A stretch of 64,000 nucleotides of DNA from a virus. The notes beneath the pieces were generated by a model. The model ran no database searches, had not been told where the DNA came from, and worked only from the letters and a program-made list of their open reading frames with translations. Location of the stretch: positions 1-64,000 of the IMG/VR virus record IMGVR_UViG_3300001589_007665; one strand, written 5' to 3'. The position numbers and the translations under genes were made by a program. Shown one piece after another: positions 1 through 10,400 of the stretch. Position 1 is the first letter of the stretch. Every line of letters begins with the position of its first letter.

Positions 1-663
1 CCTCCTCCACCTCCGCCACCACCTCCGCCACCACCTCCTCCACCACCTCCGCCTCCACCGCCACCTCCACCGCCTCTTCCACCGCCACCGCCGCCACCTC
101 CTCCAAGTAATGATCCTCCTTGTAGCCAAGTATGTCAGGGTCAAGTTACTTTTATAGGACCAGGATCAGGTTTAACTGGACAACAGTGTGAAGATGGCGA
201 ACTTTGCTGTGATGGAAGCGGAGGAATTCTGGTTTGTGTAGACAATAATGGAGTTTCTGGTCCTCATTGTTGTTGTGCTCCAGATACTGCGACAAATCCA
301 AATCCTGGTGTGCCTTGTCCTATTGGAGCTTGTTGTCATTGTAGATATACTTATGGTAGTAGTATCTTAAATAACCCAGCTCTTGTTATTCAACAATGTG
401 AAGAGTGGATAGGAGACCCAAGATTCTGGGATCCTGCTCGAAATTGTGGACAATGTGAAGCTCACGAGGTTTTCCCGGGAGGCTATCGATGGAGAATAGC
501 TGTTCTCGATACTCCAGATAATGGTAATACTTGGAGAAAATATTGTGATATGCTCCCAGAAGGACAATGCTCTGAAGGGGATAATATGACTCAGTTTGAA
601 TGGTTCGGGCCACCACTAACATGTAACACACCAGGTTTGCCATGCACCGACTTTGTAACGTAA
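1..663 (+). CDS. 5'-truncated polyproline- and Cys-rich protein (probable virion/fibre protein)
   Basis: Frame 1 is open from base 1: a 35-codon Pro run with one Leu (1-105), then a Cys-rich region (CSQVC, LCCDG, HCCCAP, IGACCHC) in frame with the listed 310..663 ORF; TAA at 661-663. Confidence 0.75.
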   Translation, partial: PPPPPPPPPPPPPPPPPPPPPPPPPLPPPPPPPPPSNDPPCSQVCQGQVTFIGPGSGLTGQQCEDGELCCDGSGGILVCVDNNGVSGPHCCCAPDTATNPNPGVPCPIGACCHCRYTYGSSILNNPALVIQQCEEWIGDPRFWDPARNCGQCEAHEVFPGGYRWRIAVLDTPDNGNTWRKYCDMLPEGQCSEGDNMTQFEWFGPPLTCNTPGLPCTDFVT

Positions 664-708
664 TGCCAGGTTTTGAGTGTGATTGTTAACTAGAAAATCA
701 AGACAATT

Positions 709-727
709 AGTGTATATAAAACTATAA
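709..727 (+). promoter_or_regulatory. Candidate phage late-promoter motif RGTGTAWA (copy 1)
   Basis: AGTGTATATAAAACTATAA; GTGTA begins 47 nt before the ATG at 757; the same motif is in the other three long + strand intergenic gaps. Confidence 0.6.
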
Positions 728-756
728 CTTCTAAAAATATCTAAAGAACCCTTAAT

Positions 757-3700
757 ATGCCAAGAAGAATAACAGAAAACGGACAATCTTATCTATTATA
801 TGACGACTGTGAAGAGTATATTTATATTGGAAATGAGCCAGCTTGGAGAAACGGAGTTTTTTCAGACGTCAAGTTAGACAAATGTTGTGAAGGGCAAATT
901 TTAGATAGTGTTCCTGTAACAGCAACTCCAACACCTACAGTCACACCAACAGTTACTCCTAGTGTGACTTCTACAGCTACTCCTACGGTAACACCAACTG
1001 TTACTGCGACACCAACTATAACACCAACAGTTACTCCGACGATATCTGTTACTCCTAGTGTTACTCCAACAATTTCTGTAACTCCTTCAATAACCCCAAC
1101 AATTAGTTTAACTCCATCTGTAACTGCTACCGTGACTGTTACTCCTACTCTTACTATTTCTAATACTCCGACACTCACTCCTACTGTTAGCAATACTCCT
1201 ACTAATACTCCCACAATTAGTCTAACTCCCACTTTGTCTGCAACACCAACATTAACACCAACTCCTACAGTAACTCCTGTTACATTATCAGATGATAGCG
1301 GTATAGAGAAAATAGTATTAGCAGACGGTGCTGAAGAATATGAGATTATTAGTATAGATGTTGGAAATAGCACATCTATGATAGCAGGAGATGAGCATAT
1401 ACTTGCTGTTGTTGCACCTATTAATGATTATTCTTTTAATAACACCATCGACGCATCATATAATAAAGTATTAAAGTCCGATAATTATTTAACTGATTAT
1501 ACTATAGAAAATAAACTTATGACAGAAGCAAATGCTGCTATTTGGAATAATAGTGAGTATCCTTCTAGTAAAATTTCTAGTGTTCAGTATAATAATGATT
1601 TAAATAGATGGTTTATAGGAACAAATAGTCAAGCAGGTACTTCTATAGTATTTTTATATAGTATAGATTCGGCTTCAAATTATTTTATTCCACAAGGAGA
1701 TGTTATCGGTGGAGCAGGATCTATATGTGGTCCAACCAAAGTATATAGTGTAGATAATAAAACATTTTTATTCAATGATAGTAAAATTTATAGTTATACT
1801 ACATCAGACAAAACAAAAACAGGAAATGAATTAAGCTATCTATATTCCGAAGAAATTTTTAATTGTGAAAATAGTAATAGAATACAGTGCGGTGTTGACA
1901 GAACAGCATTGGGCAGTAATGTTAGTGTAAATTACAGACTGCCTTTAGTAAATAGTTCTAACAATCAATTATTTATACATCATGTGCCAGGAACAGGCAA
2001 TAATACAGTAGCAATAGACGGGATTGATTACGATTGTCCTGGTGTGATTGGTAATTATAGAGGATATAGTTTACATAGTTATGAATTTAATTTTACTATT
2101 AGCAGAATACAAATAAGTACAGAAAGTAATCAATTCTCTATTGATATTAAGTTTAATAAAGATATTAATTTTGATTATACTAATTTAGCACTATTGTATG
2201 GAAATAATAACATAACCATCGATCCTGCAAAAATTATATTAAATAAAATTTCAAACAAAAATTACTCAATAATTATTAACGACACGGATCTTATTGACGA
2301 TATCAATACACTACCTTATCATTTTAGACTTTCTAATTTATCCACTGGTAATACTTCGGATATTCCTAATGCTTTCATAGTACCTATATACGAAGTAGCA
2401 TCAGGTGAGGGTGGAAAAACTTATAACTATAATGCTGTTCAAGATGTTCGTTATACTAATTCAAATAGAGATAAAGTACCTGTTTTTTCTATTAATGCTT
2501 TAGATTTTATTACAGATAAAGACAAGACATTTGATTTTTATGTAGTGGCAGATACTACTTGTGATAGTGGATATAAATATACTATCATGGACAAGACTAA
2601 TGCTGGCAGTGGTTTAGATTATAATTTCTGTGTTTCTAGTTTAGAAGGAATAACTAGCACAGGAGAAGTCAAAGTTGTTCTTGCTAAAGGCGCAGAAATT
2701 TATATGTTGGTTCAACATACGTCTGATCCAGTAACAAAACCATATGATTTTTCTGAAGTTTACACATATAGTTTATTCAAGTCTAATAGTTTATTACCTA
2801 ATGGCTTTAGTTTAGTTGAAGACAATATTAAAGTTTTAAGAAAATTTGCTGGTCTTAATAGAGATATGACTAATGTTTGGAGTAATAGTTGTTTTATTAA
2901 TAGTTCTTATATGATAATAGGTGTTCCTAATAGTAGTACTGTTTTACGAATAAATTATAACGCCTCTCAAGTTATTGCTCCTCCTACTCCTACTCCGACT
3001 GTTACAACTACGGTTACAGCATCACCAGGACGTAGTCCAACACCAACTACTACTGGAACTCCAACTTCAACTCCTACTCCAACCGTAACCCTAACTACAG
3101 GAGCTAGTCCAACACCTACTCCTGCCAATACTTCAACGCCTAACCCAACCCCTACGCACACTGCAACACCAAGCCCAACACCGAGTCTAACACCATACGG
3201 AAGTTCAGGATTTACTGATTGGTATGCAGCTGGACCTCCTGCTAATCAACAAAACTGGATAGCAATTAGTAGTTCAGACACTGGACAAACTGTATTAGCA
3301 GCAGATGCTAATGATGCTAATTTATATATATCTACAGATTATGGTGCTACTTTTAACACTTCTAATGTTGGATCAAACACTCTTTGGAAAGATGTTGCCG
3401 TTTCTAATGACGGAGCTATAATGTATGCCTCTACTATCTTGGCTTACGGAGCAAGTCTTTATAAGTCTGTAGATGGTGGTGCTACGTGGAGTAATAATTT
3501 CTATAGTCCTATTGCAAGCACTTTAGGTTATACTAATAGTTTTATGGATGCATATTCGAGCAACATAGAAGATTTAGAAATTAGCGGAGATGGCAAACTT
3601 GTACTTGCCGATAATAAGAGTTTTAATGATTTAAGTAGAAGTAATAACTATGGAGGAGAGCCTGGTTCCGCTCATTCATCACCCGGTGAATTGCATGGTA

Positions 3701-4344
3701 TGGCCGTATCAAGAAATGGCAACTTGTATTATTACCTAACTAGATACCCAACAAGTGGGGGTAATGAAATAGTTAATATATATAGAGTTGCAGCTACTAG
3801 CCATAGTCCTAGCATAGTACTTAGTAGTGTCATTAGAGAATCAGGCGTTCCTGTTAAACATGGACTTGCAACCAATAATGACGGATCTTGTATTGTAACT
3901 AATATTGGTAGTGAAGTTTATGTGTCTAGAGATTCTGGAACATCATGGACCATGATCTTAGATAAAACATGGGATTATAATCAGTCTGATTGGCAGTGCG
4001 ACAGCTGTATCTTGGATTATTTCAAAATGTCTGATGATGGTTTAACTATAGCAGCTATTAGCGAAGGTGGTAGTGTCAATCCACAAATCTTAGAATACAA
4101 TAGTTCAGAAGACTCTTGGACACTCAAAGATACAGATTTAAAGACTGATGAAATTTCTACTTTCTCATTAGCAGAAGCCTCGAACAAAATTGCCATGACA
4201 TTTTCTGGAGATGCAAAGCGTTTGGCCGTAATAACCAATGATCCGACAACAGGACAAGGCTATATTTGGAGATCACAAAGCACAACTAACCTATATACAT
4301 TACAATTATTATCGCAATCTGATAATTTTAATGACATACCATAG
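757..4344 (+). CDS. Large Thr/Pro-rich virion-type protein with C-terminal Asp-box (BNR) beta-propeller
   Basis: 1195 aa; two TPT(V/I) tracts; Asp-box motifs STDYGATF, SVDGGATW, SRDSGTSW; no evident signal peptide. Confidence 0.75.
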   Translation: MPRRITENGQSYLLYDDCEEYIYIGNEPAWRNGVFSDVKLDKCCEGQILDSVPVTATPTPTVTPTVTPSVTSTATPTVTPTVTATPTITPTVTPTISVTPSVTPTISVTPSITPTISLTPSVTATVTVTPTLTISNTPTLTPTVSNTPTNTPTISLTPTLSATPTLTPTPTVTPVTLSDDSGIEKIVLADGAEEYEIISIDVGNSTSMIAGDEHILAVVAPINDYSFNNTIDASYNKVLKSDNYLTDYTIENKLMTEANAAIWNNSEYPSSKISSVQYNNDLNRWFIGTNSQAGTSIVFLYSIDSASNYFIPQGDVIGGAGSICGPTKVYSVDNKTFLFNDSKIYSYTTSDKTKTGNELSYLYSEEIFNCENSNRIQCGVDRTALGSNVSVNYRLPLVNSSNNQLFIHHVPGTGNNTVAIDGIDYDCPGVIGNYRGYSLHSYEFNFTISRIQISTESNQFSIDIKFNKDINFDYTNLALLYGNNNITIDPAKIILNKISNKNYSIIINDTDLIDDINTLPYHFRLSNLSTGNTSDIPNAFIVPIYEVASGEGGKTYNYNAVQDVRYTNSNRDKVPVFSINALDFITDKDKTFDFYVVADTTCDSGYKYTIMDKTNAGSGLDYNFCVSSLEGITSTGEVKVVLAKGAEIYMLVQHTSDPVTKPYDFSEVYTYSLFKSNSLLPNGFSLVEDNIKVLRKFAGLNRDMTNVWSNSCFINSSYMIIGVPNSSTVLRINYNASQVIAPPTPTPTVTTTVTASPGRSPTPTTTGTPTSTPTPTVTLTTGASPTPTPANTSTPNPTPTHTATPSPTPSLTPYGSSGFTDWYAAGPPANQQNWIAISSSDTGQTVLAADANDANLYISTDYGATFNTSNVGSNTLWKDVAVSNDGAIMYASTILAYGASLYKSVDGGATWSNNFYSPIASTLGYTNSFMDAYSSNIEDLEISGDGKLVLADNKSFNDLSRSNNYGGEPGSAHSSPGELHGMAVSRNGNLYYYLTRYPTSGGNEIVNIYRVAATSHSPSIVLSSVIRESGVPVKHGLATNNDGSCIVTNIGSEVYVSRDSGTSWTMILDKTWDYNQSDWQCDSCILDYFKMSDDGLTIAAISEGGSVNPQILEYNSSEDSWTLKDTDLKTDEISTFSLAEASNKIAMTFSGDAKRLAVITNDPTTGQGYIWRSQSTTNLYTLQLLSQSDNFNDIP
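913..1281 (+). repeat. Thr/Pro mucin-like coding repeat ([15 protein letters not shown])
   Basis: Degenerate ACN-CCN-rich repeat within the 757..4344 ORF; boundaries approximate. Confidence 0.9.
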
Positions 4345-4359
4345 TAAAATTGCTTTTAA

Positions 4360-4377
4360 AGTGTATATATAACTAAC
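4360..4377 (+). promoter_or_regulatory. Candidate late-promoter motif (copy 2)
   Basis: AGTGTATATATAACTAA; GTGTA at 4361, 53 nt before the ATG at 4414. Confidence 0.6.
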
Positions 4378-4413
4378 CGGATCGGAAACAGCTAGCATAA
4401 TTATGGAAAATTA

Positions 4414-7400
4414 ATGAATTATAATAAGCCTGATTTAATATGGTTCTCCAAGTTTAATACTGCATCACCACTTACTCAAACTAATAAAAAAAGATTTATT
4501 GTTCGATTGTCTGAAAAAGCAGTCAACAATATGGACAATATTAATGATGTTCAAAAAATTATTGGTCCAGACTATAGGGTGTTGTGCGGTTTGGGTCATC
4601 CAGGAATGGTTGTCGTAGAGACTAATGTAGCTAATACATTTAATACATTATCTAATAATTCTAATATTGAATATGTAGAAGAAGATCAAACTATTCAATT
4701 AGACGATCCTGTTGTAAGACCACAAGATATAAAAAAAAATAATTTTAATGCTCTCTCTAGCGACCCTAATGATCCAGACTTTGATAAATTATATGGCTTG
4801 AATCCAAATGAAGGCAATTATCATATTAACTGTAAAGATGTTTGGATTACCAATAAGGGAAGTCATAGTATTGTTGTTGGAGTGGTCGATACTGGCATAG
4901 ATTATAATCATCAAGATTTAAGAGTAAATATGTGGACCAATACTGCTGAAACAAGCAACGGTATTGATAGTGACAATAATGGTTATGTAGATGATATACA
5001 TGGAATAAATGCTATAACAAATTCTGGCGATCCTATGGATGATCAAAGTCATGGAACGCATTGTGCTGGAACTATTGGTGCTGTTGGAAATAATAGCACA
5101 GGCGTCGTCGGAGTTAACTGGAATATACAATTAATGGCATTGAAGTTTTTACGTGCTGATGGTGGTGGTAATTCATCTGATGCTATCAAATGTGTTGCTT
5201 ATGCAGAATTAATGAAAAGCAGAGGAGTAAATATAAAAGCTACTAGTAACAGTTGGGGAGGAGGAGTTTTTTCTCAAGGTATGTTTGATGTAATTTCATC
5301 TGCTTGGACCAATGAAGATATGCTTTTTATTGCAGCAGCTGGTAATGACACTGCAAACACAGATATTGGAACAGTTTATCCTCAAGGATATAATATTCCT
5401 GGTATTATTTCTGTGGGATCAAGCACTCAGCAAGGTACTGTATCAGGCTTCAGTAACTATGGAGCAACAAGTGTTGATGTGGCCGCACCAGGATCGGCTA
5501 TTTATTCTACGATTCCAGTAGTAACTAATTACGGTTACAAAAGCGGTACAAGCATGGCCTGTCCTCATGTTGCTGGTGCTGTGGCTTTATTGTATAGTAT
5601 ACATCCTAACGCTACTGGTACACAAATTAAAAATGCTCTTATAAATACTTGTCAAAAAGTTACTGCTTGGTCTGGCAAATGTGTTAGTGAAGGCATTATT
5701 GATGTTAAAGCAGCGTCTGCTAGTTTAGCGGGCTCTCTTGTTACTCCTACGCCTACAGAAACTATTAGGGTCACTCAAACAGCTACTCCCAGGATCACGC
5801 CTCCTCCAACCAATACTCCTCAAGTCACCGCTACTATAACACCAACACAAACCCCAAGTTATTTTCCTAGAAAAGAAGTAGGAGGATTAGGTCCATATGG
5901 CTCTGACTATATCATTAAATTTAAATTACCTGGATTTGAAAACTATATAGGCGAAAAACTTTCTGTTAAAATCGGTGGAGAAAAATGTTGCACCATTGAC
6001 GGTATTATAAATTACTCTTTTCCAGCATTTGTTGATCCGATAGTTCCCGCAACACCAACGCCGACATCTACTCCTAGTTCAACTCCAACTCCTACTCCGA
6101 CACATACCATAACTCCTACAGCAACTGTTACTTCAACAAATACTGCCACTCCTACTGTTACTCCTACAATTAGTGTTACGCCAAGCGTTACTCCTACAGT
6201 TAGTGTTACCCCTAGCATTACTCCTACTTATACGCCAACTTCTACAGTAACTCCGACGATTAGTGTTACTCCAACTAATACTCCGTCGATTACTCCGACA
6301 ATATCTTTGACTCCTTCTATCACACCAACTATTAGTGTGACACCTTCCATTACTCCTACTATATCTTTAACTCCAAGTGTTACTCCTACCTTGTCTCTTA
6401 CTGTTAGTCCTACGCCAACAGTTACTCCTACTATTACTCTTACTGCAAGCAACACTCCTACTCCAACACCAACACCAAGTATTACTCCGACTCATACCCC
6501 AACACCAACGGTAACACCAAGTGTCACTCCGACTACTAGTGCAACACCGACACTAACTCCTACATTAAGTTTAACAGCTCCATTTGAAGCTGATGTGTCT
6601 TATAGACAGGGTCATGATTATATTAATAATCATGGCTATGATGCTGCTTTCAATTCAGACAAAACATTATTATTTACTTGTGATAGAATTACAGGTGTTA
6701 ACATGTATGATATATCTGATAAATATCATCCTGTACATACATTTACTTATGATTTAAGATATTATGTAGAGAGTGTAAACTATAGTGATTCTTATAATTT
6801 CCTGGCTGTTGCTAATTCAGGATACGGCACACATATTTTTGGAGTAGAAAACAATATAGCACATCCAAAACCAAAAGTTTTACAGCTTAAATCTACTGCT
6901 TCTAGCAAACCAGATGGATATGCTCGCAACAGAATATATCATAGACATTCTATCTTAGGTACAGGTAGTGACGCTAGATATATCTATGTTGCGGATCAAG
7001 AGTATGGACTATTAATATATAGAATAAATCCTACAGATCTTACTGCTGCTCCATTACTAAGTGCTTCATTAAGATATATTGATCCTGTAGACGCATATTC
7101 TCGTTCTCTGTTGTGGAGATGCTACATTTCTCCTAGCGATCCTAATTTGTTATATGTAGGTACTCAAAGAGGTGTACTATTATTAGTAGATATTACTGAC
7201 AGATCAAGTCCTGTATTAAAATCTTCTTTGATTACTTTTGCAAATACTAGGTGGCCAAATGGCTACGGGCAGATATACGATATTGTAGAAGATAGTATTG
7301 ATAGTGATATTGTTTATGTTGCAAATAGTGCTTACGCAATTCTGGCGGTAGACAAAAAGAACACTAGTGCTCCAACAATTATTGGCAGTTATGTTAAATC

Positions 7401-7431
7401 CGGTATTACTTCGATTTCTATTAAGGAATAA
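4414..7431 (+). CDS. S8 subtilisin-like serine protease (prodomain plus intact triad) fused to a Thr/Pro stalk and LVIVD-like propeller repeats
   Basis: VGVVDTGID (Asp, 4888), SHGTHCAGTIGA (His, 5050), AAAGND (oxyanion Asn), SGTSMACPHVAGAVALL (Ser, 5551); TP tract ~6043-6582; YIYVADQEYGLLIY and LLLVDITDRSSPVL repeats. Confidence 0.92.
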   Translation: MNYNKPDLIWFSKFNTASPLTQTNKKRFIVRLSEKAVNNMDNINDVQKIIGPDYRVLCGLGHPGMVVVETNVANTFNTLSNNSNIEYVEEDQTIQLDDPVVRPQDIKKNNFNALSSDPNDPDFDKLYGLNPNEGNYHINCKDVWITNKGSHSIVVGVVDTGIDYNHQDLRVNMWTNTAETSNGIDSDNNGYVDDIHGINAITNSGDPMDDQSHGTHCAGTIGAVGNNSTGVVGVNWNIQLMALKFLRADGGGNSSDAIKCVAYAELMKSRGVNIKATSNSWGGGVFSQGMFDVISSAWTNEDMLFIAAAGNDTANTDIGTVYPQGYNIPGIISVGSSTQQGTVSGFSNYGATSVDVAAPGSAIYSTIPVVTNYGYKSGTSMACPHVAGAVALLYSIHPNATGTQIKNALINTCQKVTAWSGKCVSEGIIDVKAASASLAGSLVTPTPTETIRVTQTATPRITPPPTNTPQVTATITPTQTPSYFPRKEVGGLGPYGSDYIIKFKLPGFENYIGEKLSVKIGGEKCCTIDGIINYSFPAFVDPIVPATPTPTSTPSSTPTPTPTHTITPTATVTSTNTATPTVTPTISVTPSVTPTVSVTPSITPTYTPTSTVTPTISVTPTNTPSITPTISLTPSITPTISVTPSITPTISLTPSVTPTLSLTVSPTPTVTPTITLTASNTPTPTPTPSITPTHTPTPTVTPSVTPTTSATPTLTPTLSLTAPFEADVSYRQGHDYINNHGYDAAFNSDKTLLFTCDRITGVNMYDISDKYHPVHTFTYDLRYYVESVNYSDSYNFLAVANSGYGTHIFGVENNIAHPKPKVLQLKSTASSKPDGYARNRIYHRHSILGTGSDARYIYVADQEYGLLIYRINPTDLTAAPLLSASLRYIDPVDAYSRSLLWRCYISPSDPNLLYVGTQRGVLLLVDITDRSSPVLKSSLITFANTRWPNGYGQIYDIVEDSIDSDIVYVANSAYAILAVDKKNTSAPTIIGSYVKSGITSISIKE
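6043..6582 (+). repeat. Thr/Pro coding repeat ([10 protein letters not shown]-type 10-aa units)
   Basis: Roughly 180 codons of T/P/S/V/I within the subtilase ORF; boundaries approximate. Confidence 0.9.
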
Positions 7432-7433
7432 AA

Positions 7434-10400
7434 ATGAAAGTTAACTATGATGTTCCTAGTCAAGAATGGTTCGAATCTTTTATTACTGTAAACAGTATTT
7501 CTGAAGATACGGACAATTACTGGATAGTACGATTAACAGAAAAGGCTGTCTTAAATATGACTAATGTTTCTGATGTTAGTACTATCTTAGGATCTGGCTG
7601 GACACCATTATATTGCTTGGGATTACCTGGTTTATATTCTGTTCATAAATCTGCCGATGCTGTTAATTTATCAGGTAACGACAGTATTCAATATTTTTAT
7701 GCGGACAAACCTACTCCTAGTAATGATGTTGGTGTTTTGAATCAGCTTTATTCTCCAGAAGAAGAAGATCTGGAAGATGATATAAGCAGGATGGACGAAG
7801 ATACTATAGTTAATTTTGTTGCTGGTGTTCCTCAAGATCCATATTGGAATATGCAATGGGCATTAAATCCTGATCTTAGTCCATATGACATTAATGTTAC
7901 TGCACTTTGGCAGCAAGGTCGGAACATAACAACGCCAACATATATTGGTATTTTGTCAGAAGGCTATGATGCTCCGCAACCAGATGACATAAGCAGTGCG
8001 TATCGATACAATTCTCGTGCGGAAGACATTTCAGATAATCCAGATTCTAACAGAATATATAATGGTAGCATCAAAGGCAATGCTATTCAAGGCATTACTG
8101 GTGCTCGTCATGATGATGAGTGTGCTATTGCTGGTATTTGTCCAGGAGCTGTCCTACTTAGTGTTGCGACAACAACACTTGGTACAGGGTGTGCTCAAGA
8201 TTTTGCTATCATACGAGGTTTGACATTTATCTTAAATAAGAAAATTGAGGATGGTTTGAGTCTCCCGGTTATTGTATGGGATGGTCAAAGGGGTTGTAAT
8301 AGTGGGAGGTCTGATGGTATTAGAGATGCTATTAGGGCATGTCAAAGGCAGGAAATATTAATTGTTGTACCTGCTGAAGACGGAAATCCCTACGACAGGA
8401 GGGAAGAAAGCGGCAAAAACATAACAGATATTGCTGATCAATTTACCGCTATAACCTACGCAGATCTTGTAGTAACATCAATAAATAGAGAAGGTGAGAT
8501 GCCACGCACAGCTAATTGGGGTAGAACTGCAGTAGACATTAGTGCTCCAGGAGAAAGTGTAATTGCTAGTCATGGTCTTTGCGGAATACAGAATGTTTCA
8601 GGTACTTGGGTAGCTGCGGCTCATGTTGCTGGTGCTATTGCTCTTTTATATGAAGTAACAGGAAAAACAGGAAACGAAGTTACTCAGGCGATCATCTCAT
8701 CAGCTAAACAACTCAATGCTCATATGGCCAAGCCTATTAAATCAGGGGGCATGTTAGATGTGCAGGCAGCTTCTGCATATTTAGGCAACCCCATTTCTCC
8801 TCCACCGCCTCCTCCTCCTCCTACTCCTCCACCTCCTGGATTAGAGCCTTGTTTAGTAGATTCTAAATTTATTAATAATGGGTCGCCTTTTAGCGGTTTT
8901 ACAAATGACGCAATAATGAATTTAAAAGGATCTTATGATGGTAAAACACTCATTATGGCAGCTGAGGGTTCTGATACATCAGGCAGCGCAAACTCGTTGG
9001 GTTTTTATTCTGTGAGAGCAGATATTGAAACGAAGTTTCAAAAAATACCTACTGAAAATTTTAGCAATAGTGACAATAACAATCCAAAAAGTCCGGGATA
9101 TGCTGCATTTATAAATGCTTTTGATATATCTGATAATGGTAATAATTTAGTTGTTAGTAATTCATTTACTGTAGATAGCAGATTTGGGTATATTGAGTCT
9201 TTGTGCATTTCAGATAATGGCTATATCTATATGTATACAGGCGCTGCTTCTAGAGAATATGATAAAGTTTCCATATTAGTATCTACAGATAGAGGTGTTA
9301 ATTGGACAGAAAAAGTTATATTTCCTTTTGATGCAGATAATACGCCATACAGAGACCAAATATTACTTTCTAAAGATTATGGTAATACTTGGACGTCTGT
9401 AGCTGTTCCAGATAAATGGGTTAGTAATTATTATTACGGTGTTGACGGCTTTTATGGTCCAGAAACTACTACAAAAAGATGTCAGATAACACCGCCGCTG
9501 ATGATAAAACATTTATGTTCTACTAATTTAATATGTTCTGACGATGGAACAAGAGCAATGTTTCTATTAACTTATGGGGGCACTCCTTATAATCATATGG
9601 TAGCTAGAGGCAGGGCTGGTGGTAATAATGGGAGTTCTGCATACATTAGCTGGTTTTATGGACATCACCACAGTAATTATACACAAGGACATACGTCTTT
9701 ATTCATGAGTACTGACAATTCTGGAAATTATTGGAAACAAGGATCTGCAGATATGAAATTGCGATCTTCGCAGTCTGATCCTGGATATGCATTAGCTAAT
9801 GATTATGACGGAGGATTAGATAGCAACCGAGAGTATCAGGAAACTTTGTACAGTCCAGAATCATCAGTCCAAGAACCTATTCATAAAGTATACAAGTTAA
9901 TTAAAATGTCTCCTAATCTAGACGCTTTTGGTTTAGTAGCGACTGTAAAGTATAGTGGTCGCCAGACGACCTTGCCGCCTGCCTCGGAAACTCAAGACAT
10001 TTTTGGGCGAGTTGTTGTTAGTAAAATTATATATACTACAGATGGCGGAGAAACTTTTAAGCGAACTAAACATTTATTTGAAGCTGATTCAGATACTAGG
10101 CATTACATTAGTAAGGTATACTCTGATTCGGGGATAGAATCGGGATTGGTGCCATGTAGAAATTTAAATAAAATTAATACATCTTATGTAGATAGTAATG
10201 GCAATTTTACTATTTGTGCTCTTGTTAATAAAGTTGTGTTTCAACCCCCAGTTCCACCACCACCTCCACCACCTCCACCACCACCAGACAGTCCGCCAGT
10301 ACCAACGCCTGAAGTACCGATTTGGCCGGGGCCTCCTTTTGGAGGTCCAGGTGACGGAAACACTACAGTTGATGGAACATGGCAAGATTTTGGTGTCATG

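Noticed and set aside
663-689. Mini-ORF MPGFECDC coupled to the first gene's stop
   Set aside because: Only 8 codons; it may be a remnant of a longer Cys-rich C-terminus, but this cannot be supported.
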